Source: Naegleria gruberi (taxonomy: Eukaryota). From it: a DNA stretch of 64,000 nt. The DNA lies in the NCBI GenBank assembly GCA_000004985.1, contig GG738858.1; one strand, written 5' to 3'. Positions within the stretch are counted from its first letter, which is position 1. The number at the start of each line of letters is the position of its first letter. The notes under the pieces are model-generated. The model did no database searches. It saw only the letters and a list, made by a program, of their open reading frames with translations, and was not told the origin of the DNA. The position numbers and the translations under genes are program-made. This document shows, piece by piece, positions 52,901 to 64,000 of this stretch.

Positions 52901-55900
52901 NNNNNNNNNNNNNNNNNNNNNNNNNNNNNNNNNNNNNNNNNNNNNNNNNNNNNNNNNNNNNNNNNNNNNNNNNNNNNNNNNNNNNNNNNNNNNNNNNNNN
53001 NNNNNNNNNNNNNNNNNNNNNNNNNNNNNNNNNNNNNNNNNNNNNNNNNNNNNNNNNNNNNNNNNNNNNNNNNNNNNNNNNNNNNNNNNNNNNNNNNNNN
53101 NNNNNNNNNNNNNNNNNNNNNNNNNNNNNNNNNNNNNNNNNNNNNNNNNNNNNNNNNNNNNNNNNNNNNNNNNNNNNNNNNNNNNNNNNNNNNNNNNNNN
53201 NNNNNNNNNNNNNNNNNNNNNNNNNNNNNNNNNNNNNNNNNNNNNNNNNNNNNNNNNNNNNNNNNNNNNNNNNNNNNNNNNNNNNNNNNNNNNNNNNNNN
53301 NNNNNNNNNNNNNNNNNNNNNNNNNNNNNNNNNNNNNNNNNNNNNNNNNNNNNNNNNNNNNNNNNNNNNNNNNNNNNNNNNNNNNNNNNNNNNNNNNNNN
53401 NNNNNNNNNNNNNNNNNNNNNNNNNNNNNNNNNNNNNNNNNNNNNNNNNNNNNNNNNNNNNNNNNNNNNNNNNNNNNNNNNNNNNNNNNNNNNNNNNNNN
53501 NNNNNNNNNNNNNNNNNNNNNNNNNNNNNNNNNNNNNNNNNNNNNNNNNNNNNNNNNNNNNNNNNNNNNNNNNNNNNNNNNNNNNNNNNNNNNNNNNNNN
53601 NNNNNNNNNNNNNNNNNNNNNNNNNNNNNNNNNNNNNNNNNNNNNNNNNNNNNNNNNNNNNNNNNNNNNNNNNNNNNNNNNNNNNNNNNNNNNNNNNNNN
53701 NNNNNNNNNNNNNNNNNNNNNNNNNNNNNNNNNNNNNNNNNNNNNNNNNNNNNNNNNNNNNNNNNNNNNNNNNNNNNNNNNNNNNNNNNNNNNNNNNNNN
53801 NNNNNNNNNNNNNNNNNNNNNNNNNNNNNNNNNNNNNNNNNNNNNNNNNNNNNNNNNNNNNNNNNNNNNNNNNNNNNNNNNNNNNNNNNNNNNNNNNNNN
53901 NNNNNNNNNNNNNNNNNNNNNNNNNNNNNNNNNNNNNNNNNNNNNNNNNNNNNNNNNNNNNNNNNNNNNNNNNNNNNNNNNNNNNNNNNNNNNNNNNNNN
54001 NNNNNNNNNNNNNNNNNNNNNNNNNNNNNNNNNNNNNNNNNNNNNNNNNNNNNNNNNNNNNNNNNNNNNNNNNNNNNNNNNNNNNNNNNNNNNNNNNNNN
54101 NNNNNNNNNNNNNNNNNNNNNNNNNNNNNNNNNNNNNNNNNNNNNNNNNNNNNNNNNNNNNNNNNNNNNNNNNNNNNNNNNNNNNNNNNNNNNNNNNNNN
54201 NNNNNNNNNNNNNNNNNNNNNNNNNNNNNNNNNNNNNNNNNNNNNNNNNNNNNNNNNNNNNNNNNNNNNNNNNNNNNNNNNNNNNNNNNNNNNNNNNNNN
54301 NNNNNNNNNNNNNNNNNNNNNNNNNNNNNNNNNNNNNNNNNNNNNNNNNNNNNNNNNNNNNNNNNNNNNNNNNNNNNNNNNNNNNNNNNNNNNNNNNNNN
54401 NNNNNNNNNNNNNNNNNNNNNNNNNNNNNNNNNNNNNNNNNNNNNNNNNNNNNNNNNNNNNNNNNNNNNNNNNNNNNNNNNNNNNNNNNNNNNNNNNNNN
54501 NNNNNNNNNNNNNNNNNNNNNNNNNNNNNNNNNNNNNNNNNNNNNNNNNNNNNNNNNNNNNNNNNNNNNNNNNNNNNNNNNNNNNNNNNNNNNNNNNNNN
54601 NNNNNNNNNNNNNNNNNNNNNNNNNNNNNNNNNNNNNNNNNNNNNNNNNNNNNNNNNNNNNNNNNNNNNNNNNNNNNNNNNNNNNNNNNNNNNNNNNNNN
54701 NNNNNNNNNNNNNNNNNNNNNNNNNNNNNNNNNNNNNNNNNNNNNNNNNNNNNNNNNNNNNNNNNNNNNNNNNNNNNNNNNNNNNNNNNNNNNNNNNNNN
54801 NNNNNNNNNNNNNNNNNNNNNNNNNNNNNNNNNNNNNNNNNNNNNNNNNNNNNNNNNNNNNNNNNNNNNNNNNNNNNNNNNNNNNNNNNNNNNNNNNNNN
54901 NNNNNNNNNNNNNNNNNNNNNNNNNNNNNNNNNNNNNNNNNNNNNNNNNNNNNNNNNNNNNNNNNNNNNNNNNNNNNNNNNNNNNNNNNNNNNNNNNNNN
55001 NNNNNNNNNNNNNNNNNNNNNNNNNNNNNNNNNNNNNNNNNNNNNNNNNNNNNNNNNNNNNNNNNNNNNNNNNNNNNNNNNNNNNNNNNNNNNNNNNNNN
55101 NNNNNNNNNNNNNNNNNNNNNNNNNNNNNNNNNNNNNNNNNNNNNNNNNNNNNNNNNNNNNNNNNNNNNNNNNNNNNNNNNNNNNNNNNNNNNNNNNNNN
55201 NNNNNNNNNNNNNNNNNNNNNNNNNNNNNNNNNNNNNNNNNNNNNNNNNNNNNNNNNNNNNNNNNNNNNNNNNNNNNNNNNNNNNNNNNNNNNNNNNNNN
55301 NNNNNNNNNNNNNNNNNNNNNNNNNNNNNNNNNNNNNNNNNNNNNNNNNNNNNNNNNNNNNNNNNNNNNNNNNNNNNNNNNNNNNNNNNNNNNNNNNNNN
55401 NNNNNNNNNNNNNNNNNNNNNNNNNNNNNNNNNNNNNNNNNNNNNNNNNNNNNNNNNNNNNNNNNNNNNNNNNNNNNNNNNNNNNNNNNNNNNNNNNNNN
55501 NNNNNNNNNNNNNNNNNNNNNNNNNNNNNNNNNNNNNNNNNNNNNNNNNNNNNNNNNNNNNNNNNNNNNNNNNNNNNNNNNNNNNNNNNNNNNNNNNNNN
55601 NNNNNNNNNNNNNNNNNNNNNNNNNNNNNNNNNNNNNNNNNNNNNNNNNNNNNNNNNNNNNNNNNNNNNNNNNNNNNNNNNNNNNNNNNNNNNNNNNNNN
55701 NNNNNNNNNNNNNNNNNNNNNNNNNNNNNNNNNNNNNNNNNNNNNNNNNNNNNNNNNNNNNNNNNNNNNNNNNNNNNNNNNNNNNNNNNNNNNNNNNNNN
55801 NNNNNNNNNNNNNNNNNNNNNNNNNNNNNNNNNNNNNNNNNNNNNNNNNNNNNNNNNNNNNNNNNNNNNNNNNNNNNNNNNNNNNNNNNNNNNNNNNNNN

Positions 55901-58900
55901 NNNNNNNNNNNNNNNNNNNNNNNNNNNNNNNNNNNNNNNNNNNNNNNNNNNNNNNNNNNNNNNNNNNNNNNNNNNNNNNNNNNNNNNNNNNNNNNNNNNN
56001 NNNNNNNNNNNNNNNNNNNNNNNNNNNNNNNNNNNNNNNNNNNNNNNNNNNNNNNNNNNNNNNNNNNNNNNNNNNNNNNNNNNNNNNNNNNNNNNNNNNN
56101 NNNNNNNNNNNNNNNNNNNNNNNNNNNNNNNNNNNNNNNNNNNNNNNNNNNNNNNNNNNNNNNNNNNNNNNNNNNNNNNNNNNNNNNNNNNNNNNNNNNN
56201 NNNNNNNNNNNNNNNNNNNNNNNNNNNNNNNNNNNNNNNNNNNNNNNNNNNNNNNNNNNNNNNNNNNNNNNNNNNNNNNNNNNNNNNNNNNNNNNNNNNN
56301 NNNNNNNNNNNNNNNNNNNNNNNNNNNNNNNNNNNNNNNNNNNNNNNNNNNNNNNNNNNNNNNNNNNNNNNNNNNNNNNNNNNNNNNNNNNNNNNNNNNN
56401 NNNNNNNNNNNNNNNNNNNNNNNNNNNNNNNNNNNNNNNNNNNNNNNNNNNNNNNNNNNNNNNNNNNNNNNNNNNNNNNNNNNNNNNNNNNNNNNNNNNN
56501 NNNNNNNNNNNNNNNNNNNNNNNNNNNNNNNNNNNNNNNNNNNNNNNNNNNNNNNNNNNNNNNNNNNNNNNNNNNNNNNNNNNNNNNNNNNNNNNNNNNN
56601 NNNNNNNNNNNNNNNNNNNNNNNNNNNNNNNNNNNNNNNNNNNNNNNNNNNNNNNNNNNNNNNNNNNNNNNNNNNNNNNNNNNNNNNNNNNNNNNNNNNN
56701 NNNNNNNNNNNNNNNNNNNNNNNNNNNNNNNNNNNNNNNNNNNNNNNNNNNNNNNNNNNNNNNNNNNNNNNNNNNNNNNNNNNNNNNNNNNNNNNNNNNN
56801 NNNNNNNNNNNNNNNNNNNNNNNNNNNNNNNNNNNNNNNNNNNNNNNNNNNNNNNNNNNNNNNNNNNNNNNNNNNNNNNNNNNNNNNNNNNNNNNNNNNN
56901 NNNNNNNNNNNNNNNNNNNNNNNNNNNNNNNNNNNNNNNNNNNNNNNNNNNNNNNNNNNNNNNNNNNNNNNNNNNNNNNNNNNNNNNNNNNNNNNNNNNN
57001 NNNNNNNNNNNNNNNNNNNNNNNNNNNNNNNNNNNNNNNNNNNNNNNNNNNNNNNNNNNNNNNNNNNNNNNNNNNNNNNNNNNNNNNNNNNNNNNNNNNN
57101 NNNNNNNNNNNNNNNNNNNNNNNNNNNNNNNNNNNNNNNNNNNNNNNNNNNNNNNNNNNNNNNNNNNNNNNNNNNNNNNNNNNNNNNNNNNNNNNNNNNN
57201 NNNNNNNNNNNNNNNNNNNNNNNNNNNNNNNNNNNNNNNNNNNNNNNNNNNNNNNNNNNNNNNNNNNNNNNNNNNNNNNNNNNNNNNNNNNNNNNNNNNN
57301 NNNNNNNNNNNNNNNNNNNNNNNNNNNNNNNNNNNNNNNNNNNNNNNNNNNNNNNNNNNNNNNNNNNNNNNNNNNNNNNNNNNNNNNNNNNNNNNNNNNN
57401 NNNNNNNNNNNNNNNNNNNNNNNNNNNNNNNNNNNNNNNNNNNNNNNNNNNNNNNNNNNNNNNNNNNNNNNNNNNNNNNNNNNNNNNNNNNNNNNNNNNN
57501 NNNNNNNNNNNNNNNNNNNNNNNNNNNNNNNNNNNNNNNNNNNNNNNNNNNNNNNNNNNNNNNNNNNNNNNNNNNNNNNNNNNNNNNNNNNNNNNNNNNN
57601 NNNNNNNNNNNNNNNNNNNNNNNNNNNNNNNNNNNNNNNNNNNNNNNNNNNNNNNNNNNNNNNNNNNNNNNNNNNNNNNNNNNNNNNNNNNNNNNNNNNN
57701 NNNNNNNNNNNNNNNNNNNNNNNNNNNNNNNNNNNNNNNNNNNNNNNNNNNNNNNNNNNNNNNNNNNNNNNNNNNNNNNNNNNNNNNNNNNNNNNNNNNN
57801 NNNNNNNNNNNNNNNNNNNNNNNNNNNNNNNNNNNNNNNNNNNNNNNNNNNNNNNNNNNNNNNNNNNNNNNNNNNNNNNNNNNNNNNNNNNNNNNNNNNN
57901 NNNNNNNNNNNNNNNNNNNNNNNNNNNNNNNNNNNNNNNNNNNNNNNNNNNNNNNNNNNNNNNNNNNNNNNNNNNNNNNNNNNNNNNNNNNNNNNNNNNN
58001 NNNNNNNNNNNNNNNNNNNNNNNNNNNNNNNNNNNNNNNNNNNNNNNNNNNNNNNNNNNNNNNNNNNNNNNNNNNNNNNNNNNNNNNNNNNNNNNNNNNN
58101 NNNNNNNNNNNNNNNNNNNNNNNNNNNNNNNNNNNNNNNNNNNNNNNNNNNNNNNNNNNNNNNNNNNNNNNNNNNNNNNNNNNNNNNNNNNNNNNNNNNN
58201 NNNNNNNNNNNNNNNNNNNNNNNNNNNNNNNNNNNNNNNNNNNNNNNNNNNNNNNNNNNNNNNNNNNNNNNNNNNNNNNNNNNNNNNNNNNNNNNNNNNN
58301 NNNNNNNNNNNNNNNNNNNNNNNNNNNNNNNNNNNNNNNNNNNNNNNNNNNNNNNNNNNNNNNNNNNNNNNNNNNNNNNNNNNNNNNNNNNNNNNNNNNN
58401 NNNNNNNNNNNNNNNNNNNNNNNNNNNNNNNNNNNNNNNNNNNNNNNNNNNNNNNNNNNNNNNNNNNNNNNNNNNNNNNNNNNNNNNNNNNNNNNNNNNN
58501 NNNNNNNNNNNNNNNNNNNNNNNNNNNNNNNNNNNNNNNNNNNNNNNNNNNNNNNNNNNNNNNNNNNNNNNNNNNNNNNNNNNNNNNNNNNNNNNNNNNN
58601 NNNNNNNNNNNNNNNNNNNNNNNNNNNNNNNNNNNNNNNNNNNNNNNNNNNNNNNNNNNNNNNNNNNNNNNNNNNNNNNNNNNNNNNNNNNNNNNNNNNN
58701 NNNNNNNNNNNNNNNNNNNNNNNNNNNNNNNNNNNNNNNNNNNNNNNNNNNNNNNNNNNNNNNNNNNNNNNNNNNNNNNNNNNNNNNNNNNNNNNNNNNN
58801 NNNNNNNNNNNNNNNNNNNNNNNNNNNNNNNNNNNNNNNNNNNNNNNNNNNNNNNNNNNNNNNNNNNNNNNNNNNNNNNNNNNNNNNNNNNNNNNNNNNN

Positions 58901-61900
58901 NNNNNNNNNNNNNNNNNNNNNNNNNNNNNNNNNNNNNNNNNNNNNNNNNNNNNNNNNNNNNNNNNNNNNNNNNNNNNNNNNNNNNNNNNNNNNNNNNNNN
59001 NNNNNNNNNNNNNNNNNNNNNNNNNNNNNNNNNNNNNNNNNNNNNNNNNNNNNNNNNNNNNNNNNNNNNNNNNNNNNNNNNNNNNNNNNNNNNNNNNNNN
59101 NNNNNNNNNNNNNNNNNNNNNNNNNNNNNNNNNNNNNNNNNNNNNNNNNNNNNNNNNNNNNNNNNNNNNNNNNNNNNNNNNNNNNNNNNNNNNNNNNNNN
59201 NNNNNNNNNNNNNNNNNNNNNNNNNNNNNNNNNNNNNNNNNNNNNNNNNNNNNNNNNNNNNNNNNNNNNNNNNNNNNNNNNNNNNNNNNNNNNNNNNNNN
59301 NNNNNNNNNNNNNNNNNNNNNNNNNNNNNNNNNNNNNNNNNNNNNNNNNNNNNNNNNNNNNNNNNNNNNNNNNNNNNNNNNNNNNNNNNNNNNNNNNNNN
59401 NNNNNNNNNNNNNNNNNNNNNNNNNNNNNNNNNNNNNNNNNNNNNNNNNNNNNNNNNNNNNNNNNNNNNNNNNNNNNNNNNNNNNNNNNNNNNNNNNNNN
59501 NNNNNNNNNNNNNNNNNNNNNNNNNNNNNNNNNNNNNNNNNNNNNNNNNNNNNNNNNNNNNNNNNNNNNNNNNNNNNNNNNNNNNNNNNNNNNNNNNNNN
59601 NNNNNNNNNNNNNNNNNNNNNNNNNNNNNNNNNNNNNNNNNNNNNNNNNNNNNNNNNNNNNNNNNNNNNNNNNNNNNNNNNNNNNNNNNNNNNNNNNNNN
59701 NNNNNNNNNNNNNNNNNNNNNNNNNNNNNNNNNNNNNNNNNNNNNNNNNNNNNNNNNNNNNNNNNNNNNNNNNNNNNNNNNNNNNNNNNNNNNNNNNNNN
59801 NNNNNNNNNNNNNNNNNNNNNNNNNNNNNNNNNNNNNNNNNNNNNNNNNNNNNNNNNNNNNNNNNNNNNNNNNNNNNNNNNNNNNNNNNNNNNNNNNNNN
59901 NNNNNNNNNNNNNNNNNNNNNNNNNNNNNNNNNNNNNNNNNNNNNNNNNNNNNNNNNNNNNNNNNNNNNNNNNNNNNNNNNNNNNNNNNNNNNNNNNNNN
60001 NNNNNNNNNNNNNNNNNNNNNNNNNNNNNNNNNNNNNNNNNNNNNNNNNNNNNNNNNNNNNNNNNNNNNNNNNNNNNNNNNNNNNNNNNNNNNNNNNNNN
60101 NNNNNNNNNNNNNNNNNNNNNNNNNNNNNNNNNNNNNNNNNNNNNNNNNNNNNNNNNNNNNNNNNNNNNNNNNNNNNNNNNNNNNNNNNNNNNNNNNNNN
60201 NNNNNNNNNNNNNNNNNNNNNNNNNNNNNNNNNNNNNNNNNNNNNNNNNNNNNNNNNNNNNNNNNNNNNNNNNNNNNNNNNNNNNNNNNNNNNNNNNNNN
60301 NNNNNNNNNNNNNNNNNNNNNNNNNNNNNNNNNNNNNNNNNNNNNNNNNNNNNNNNNNNNNNNNNNNNNNNNNNNNNNNNNNNNNNNNNNNNNNNNNNNN
60401 NNNNNNNNNNNNNNNNNNNNNNNNNNNNNNNNNNNNNNNNNNNNNNNNNNNNNNNNNNNNNNNNNNNNNNNNNNNNNNNNNNNNNNNNNNNNNNNNNNNN
60501 NNNNNNNNNNNNNNNNNNNNNNNNNNNNNNNNNNNNNNNNNNNNNNNNNNNNNNNNNNNNNNNNNNNNNNNNNNNNNNNNNNNNNNNNNNNNNNNNNNNN
60601 NNNNNNNNNNNNNNNNNNNNNNNNNNNNNNNNNNNNNNNNNNNNNNNNNNNNNNNNNNNNNNNNNNNNNNNNNNNNNNNNNNNNNNNNNNNNNNNNNNNN
60701 NNNNNNNNNNNNNNNNNNNNNNNNNNNNNNNNNNNNNNNNNNNNNNNNNNNNNNNNNNNNNNNNNNNNNNNNNNNNNNNNNNNNNNNNNNNNNNNNNNNN
60801 NNNNNNNNNNNNNNNNNNNNNNNNNNNNNNNNNNNNNNNNNNNNNNNNNNNNNNNNNNNNNNNNNNNNNNNNNNNNNNNNNNNNNNNNNNNNNNNNNNNN
60901 NNNNNNNNNNNNNNNNNNNNNNNNNNNNNNNNNNNNNNNNNNNNNNNNNNNNNNNNNNNNNNNNNNNNNNNNNNNNNNNNNNNNNNNNNNNNNNNNNNNN
61001 NNNNNNNNNNNNNNNNNNNNNNNNNNNNNNNNNNNNNNNNNNNNNNNNNNNNNNNNNNNNNNNNNNNNNNNNNNNNNNNNNNNNNNNNNNNNNNNNNNNN
61101 NNNNNNNNNNNNNNNNNNNNNNNNNNNNNNNNNNNNNNNNNNNNNNNNNNNNNNNNNNNNNNNNNNNNNNNNNNNNNNNNNNNNNNNNNNNNNNNNNNNN
61201 NNNNNNNNNNNNNNNNNNNNNNNNNNNNNNNNNNNNNNNNNNNNNNNNNNNNNNNNNNNNNNNNNNNNNNNNNNNNNNNNNNNNNNNNNNNNNNNNNNNN
61301 NNNNNNNNNNNNNNNNNNNNNNNNNNNNNNNNNNNNNNNNNNNNNNNNNNNNNNNNNNNNNNNNNNNNNNNNNNNNNNNNNNNNNNNNNNNNNNNNNNNN
61401 NNNNNNNNNNNNNNNNNNNNNNNNNNNNNNNNNNNNNNNNNNNNNNNNNNNNNNNNNNNNNNNNNNNNNNNNNNNNNNNNNNNNNNNNNNNNNNNNNNNN
61501 NNNNNNNNNNNNNNNNNNNNNNNNNNNNNNNNNNNNNNNNNNNNNNNNNNNNNNNNNNNNNNNNNNNNNNNNNNNNNNNNNNNNNNNNNNNNNNNNNNNN
61601 NNNNNNNNNNNNNNNNNNNNNNNNNNNNNNNNNNNNNNNNNNNNNNNNNNNNNNNNNNNNNNNNNNNNNNNNNNNNNNNNNNNNNNNNNNNNNNNNNNNN
61701 NNNNNNNNNNNNNNNNNNNNNNNNNNNNNNNNNNNNNNNNNNNNNNNNNNNNNNNNNNNNNNNNNNNNNNNNNNNNNNNNNNNNNNNNNNNNNNNNNNNN
61801 NNNNNNNNNNNNNNNNNNNNNNNNNNNNNNNNNNNNNNNNNNNNNNNNNNNNNNNNNNNNNNNNNNNNNNNNNNNNNNNNNNNNNNNNNNNNNNNNNNNN

Positions 61901-64000
61901 NNNNNNNNNNNNNNNNNNNNNNNNNNNNNNNNNNNNNNNNNNNNNNNNNNNNNNNNNNNNNNNNNNNNNNNNNNNNNNNNNNNNNNNNNNNNNNNNNNNN
62001 NNNNNNNNNNNNNNNNNNNNNNNNNNNNNNNNNNNNNNNNNNNNNNNNNNNNNNNNNNNNNNNNNNNNNNNNNNNNNNNNNNNNNNNNNNNNNNNNNNNN
62101 NNNNNNNNNNNNNNNNNNNNNNNNNNNNNNNNNNNNNNNNNNNNNNNNNNNNNNNNNNNNNNNNNNNNNNNNNNNNNNNNNNNNNNNNNNNNNNNNNNNN
62201 NNNNNNNNNNNNNNNNNNNNNNNNNNNNNNNNNNNNNNNNNNNNNNNNNNNNNNNNNNNNNNNNNNNNNNNNNNNNNNNNNNNNNNNNNNNNNNNNNNNN
62301 NNNNNNNNNNNNNNNNNNNNNNNNNNNNNNNNNNNNNNNNNNNNNNNNNNNNNNNNNNNNNNNNNNNNNNNNNNNNNNNNNNNNNNNNNNNNNNNNNNNN
62401 NNNNNNNNNNNNNNNNNNNNNNNNNNNNNNNNNNNNNNNNNNNNNNNNNNNNNNNNNNNNNNNNNNNNNNNNNNNNNNNNNNNNNNNNNNNNNNNNNNNN
62501 NNNNNNNNNNNNNNNNNNNNNNNNNNNNNNNNNNNNNNNNNNNNNNNNNNNNNNNNNNNNNNNNNNNNNNNNNNNNNNNNNNNNNNNNNNNNNNNNNNNN
62601 NNNNNNNNNNNNNNNNNNNNNNNNNNNNNNNNNNNNNNNNNNNNNNNNNNNNNNNNNNNNNNNNNNNNNNNNNNNNNNNNNNNNNNNNNNNNNNNNNNNN
62701 NNNNNNNNNNNNNNNNNNNNNNNNNNNNNNNNNNNNNNNNNNNNNNNNNNNNNNNNNNNNNNNNNNNNNNNNNNNNNNNNNNNNNNNNNNNNNNNNNNNN
62801 NNNNNNNNNNNNNNNNNNNNNNNNNNNNNNNNNNNNNNNNNNNNNNNNNNNNNNNNNNNNNNNNNNNNNNNNNNNNNNNNNNNNNNNNNNNNNNNNNNNN
62901 NNNNNNNNNNNNNNNNNNNNNNNNNNNNNNNNNNNNNNNNNNNNNNNNNNNNNNNNNNNNNNNNNNNNNNNNNNNNNNNNNNNNNNNNNNNNNNNNNNNN
63001 NNNNNNNNNNNNNNNNNNNNNNNNNNNNNNNNNNNNNNNNNNNNNNNNNNNNNNNNNNNNNNNNNNNNNNNNNNNNNNNNNNNNNNNNNNNNNNNNNNNN
63101 NNNNNNNNNNNNNNNNNNNNNNNNNNNNNNNNNNNNNNNNNNNNNNNNNNNNNNNNNNNNNNNNNNNNNNNNNNNNNNNNNNNNNNNNNNNNNNNNNNNN
63201 NNNNNNNNNNNNNNNNNNNNNNNNNNNNNNNNNNNNNNNNNNNNNNNNNNNNNNNNNNNNNNNNNNNNNNNNNNNNNNNNNNNNNNNNNNNNNNNNNNNN
63301 NNNNNNNNNNNNNNNNNNNNNNNNNNNNNNNNNNNNNNNNNNNNNNNNNNNNNNNNNNNNNNNNNNNNNNNNNNNNNNNNNNNNNNNNNNNNNNNNNNNN
63401 NNNNNNNNNNNNNNNNNNNNNNNNNNNNNNNNNNNNNNNNNNNNNNNNNNNNNNNNNNNNNNNNNNNNNNNNNNNNNNNNNNNNNNNNNNNNNNNNNNNN
63501 NNNNNNNNNNNNNNNNNNNNNNNNNNNNNNNNNNNNNNNNNNNNNNNNNNNNNNNNNNNNNNNNNNNNNNNNNNNNNNNNNNNNNNNNNNNNNNNNNNNN
63601 NNNNNNNNNNNNNNNNNNNNNNNNNNNNNNNNNNNNNNNNNNNNNNNNNNNNNNNNNNNNNNNNNNNNNNNNNNNNNNNNNNNNNNNNNNNNNNNNNNNN
63701 NNNNNNNNNNNNNNNNNNNNNNNNNNNNNNNNNNNNNNNNNNNNNNNNNNNNNNNNNNNNNNNNNNNNNNNNNNNNNNNNNNNNNNNNNNNNNNNNNNNN
63801 NNNNNNNNNNNNNNNNNNNNNNNNNNNNNNNNNNNNNNNNNNNNNNNNNNNNNNNNNNNNNNNNNNNNNNNNNNNNNNNNNNNNNNNNNNNNNNNNNNNN
63901 NNNNNNNNNNNNNNNNNNNNNNNNNNNNNNNNNNNNNNNNNNNNNNNNNNNNNNNNNNNNNNNNNNNNNNNNNNNNNNNNNNNNNNNNNNNNNNNNNNNN
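28920..64000. other. Assembly gap or padding (about 35 kb of N); no sequence information
   Basis: Run of N to the end of the window. Confidence 1.

Overview
Only positions 1..28919 are real sequence. The rest is two assembly gaps: 50 N at 27839-27888 and one N block from 28920 to 64000. The real part is AT-rich eukaryotic nuclear DNA. Short GT..AG introns, AAAA-ATG start contexts and poly-N/Q/T coding tracts make it look like a dictyostelid social-amoeba scaffold; this is inferred from sequence style, not verified. No CRISPR, rRNA or operon-like organisation is present. The ORF track often starts ORFs at TTG, and several genes are split by introns it cannot see, so I rebuilt exon models by hand. 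Read left to right the genes are: an ALKBH7-like dioxygenase (-), Arp2 (+), two minus-strand tRNAs (Gln-UUG, Arg-UCU), a 3-exon 7TM receptor-like gene (+), an F-box-like protein (-), a 2-exon YebC/TACO1 homolog (-), a 2-exon ELO fatty-acid elongase (+), transcription elongation factor Elf1 (-), a 5-exon GMC oxidoreductase (-), glutamate-cysteine ligase catalytic subunit (-), the NatA auxiliary subunit NAA15 (+), a small 2-exon membrane protein (+), Cfd1/NUBP2 (+), a Ser/Thr-rich nuclear protein with apparent frameshifts (-), and a METTL21-like methyltransferase cut off by the gap (+). The most unusual region is 15678-20121, between the divergent GCLC and NAA15 genes. It carries an 883-895 aa Cys-rich TNP2 (En/Spm, Transposase_21)/KDZ-like transposase ORF and a divergently oriented 3-exon NLS-bearing ORF. 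Both ends have dense AATTA(T/C)GG motif arrays and an imperfect 12-bp terminal inverted repeat (CCTTGGAGACGG / CCTAGGAGACGG). I interpret this as a candidate autonomous DNA transposon.
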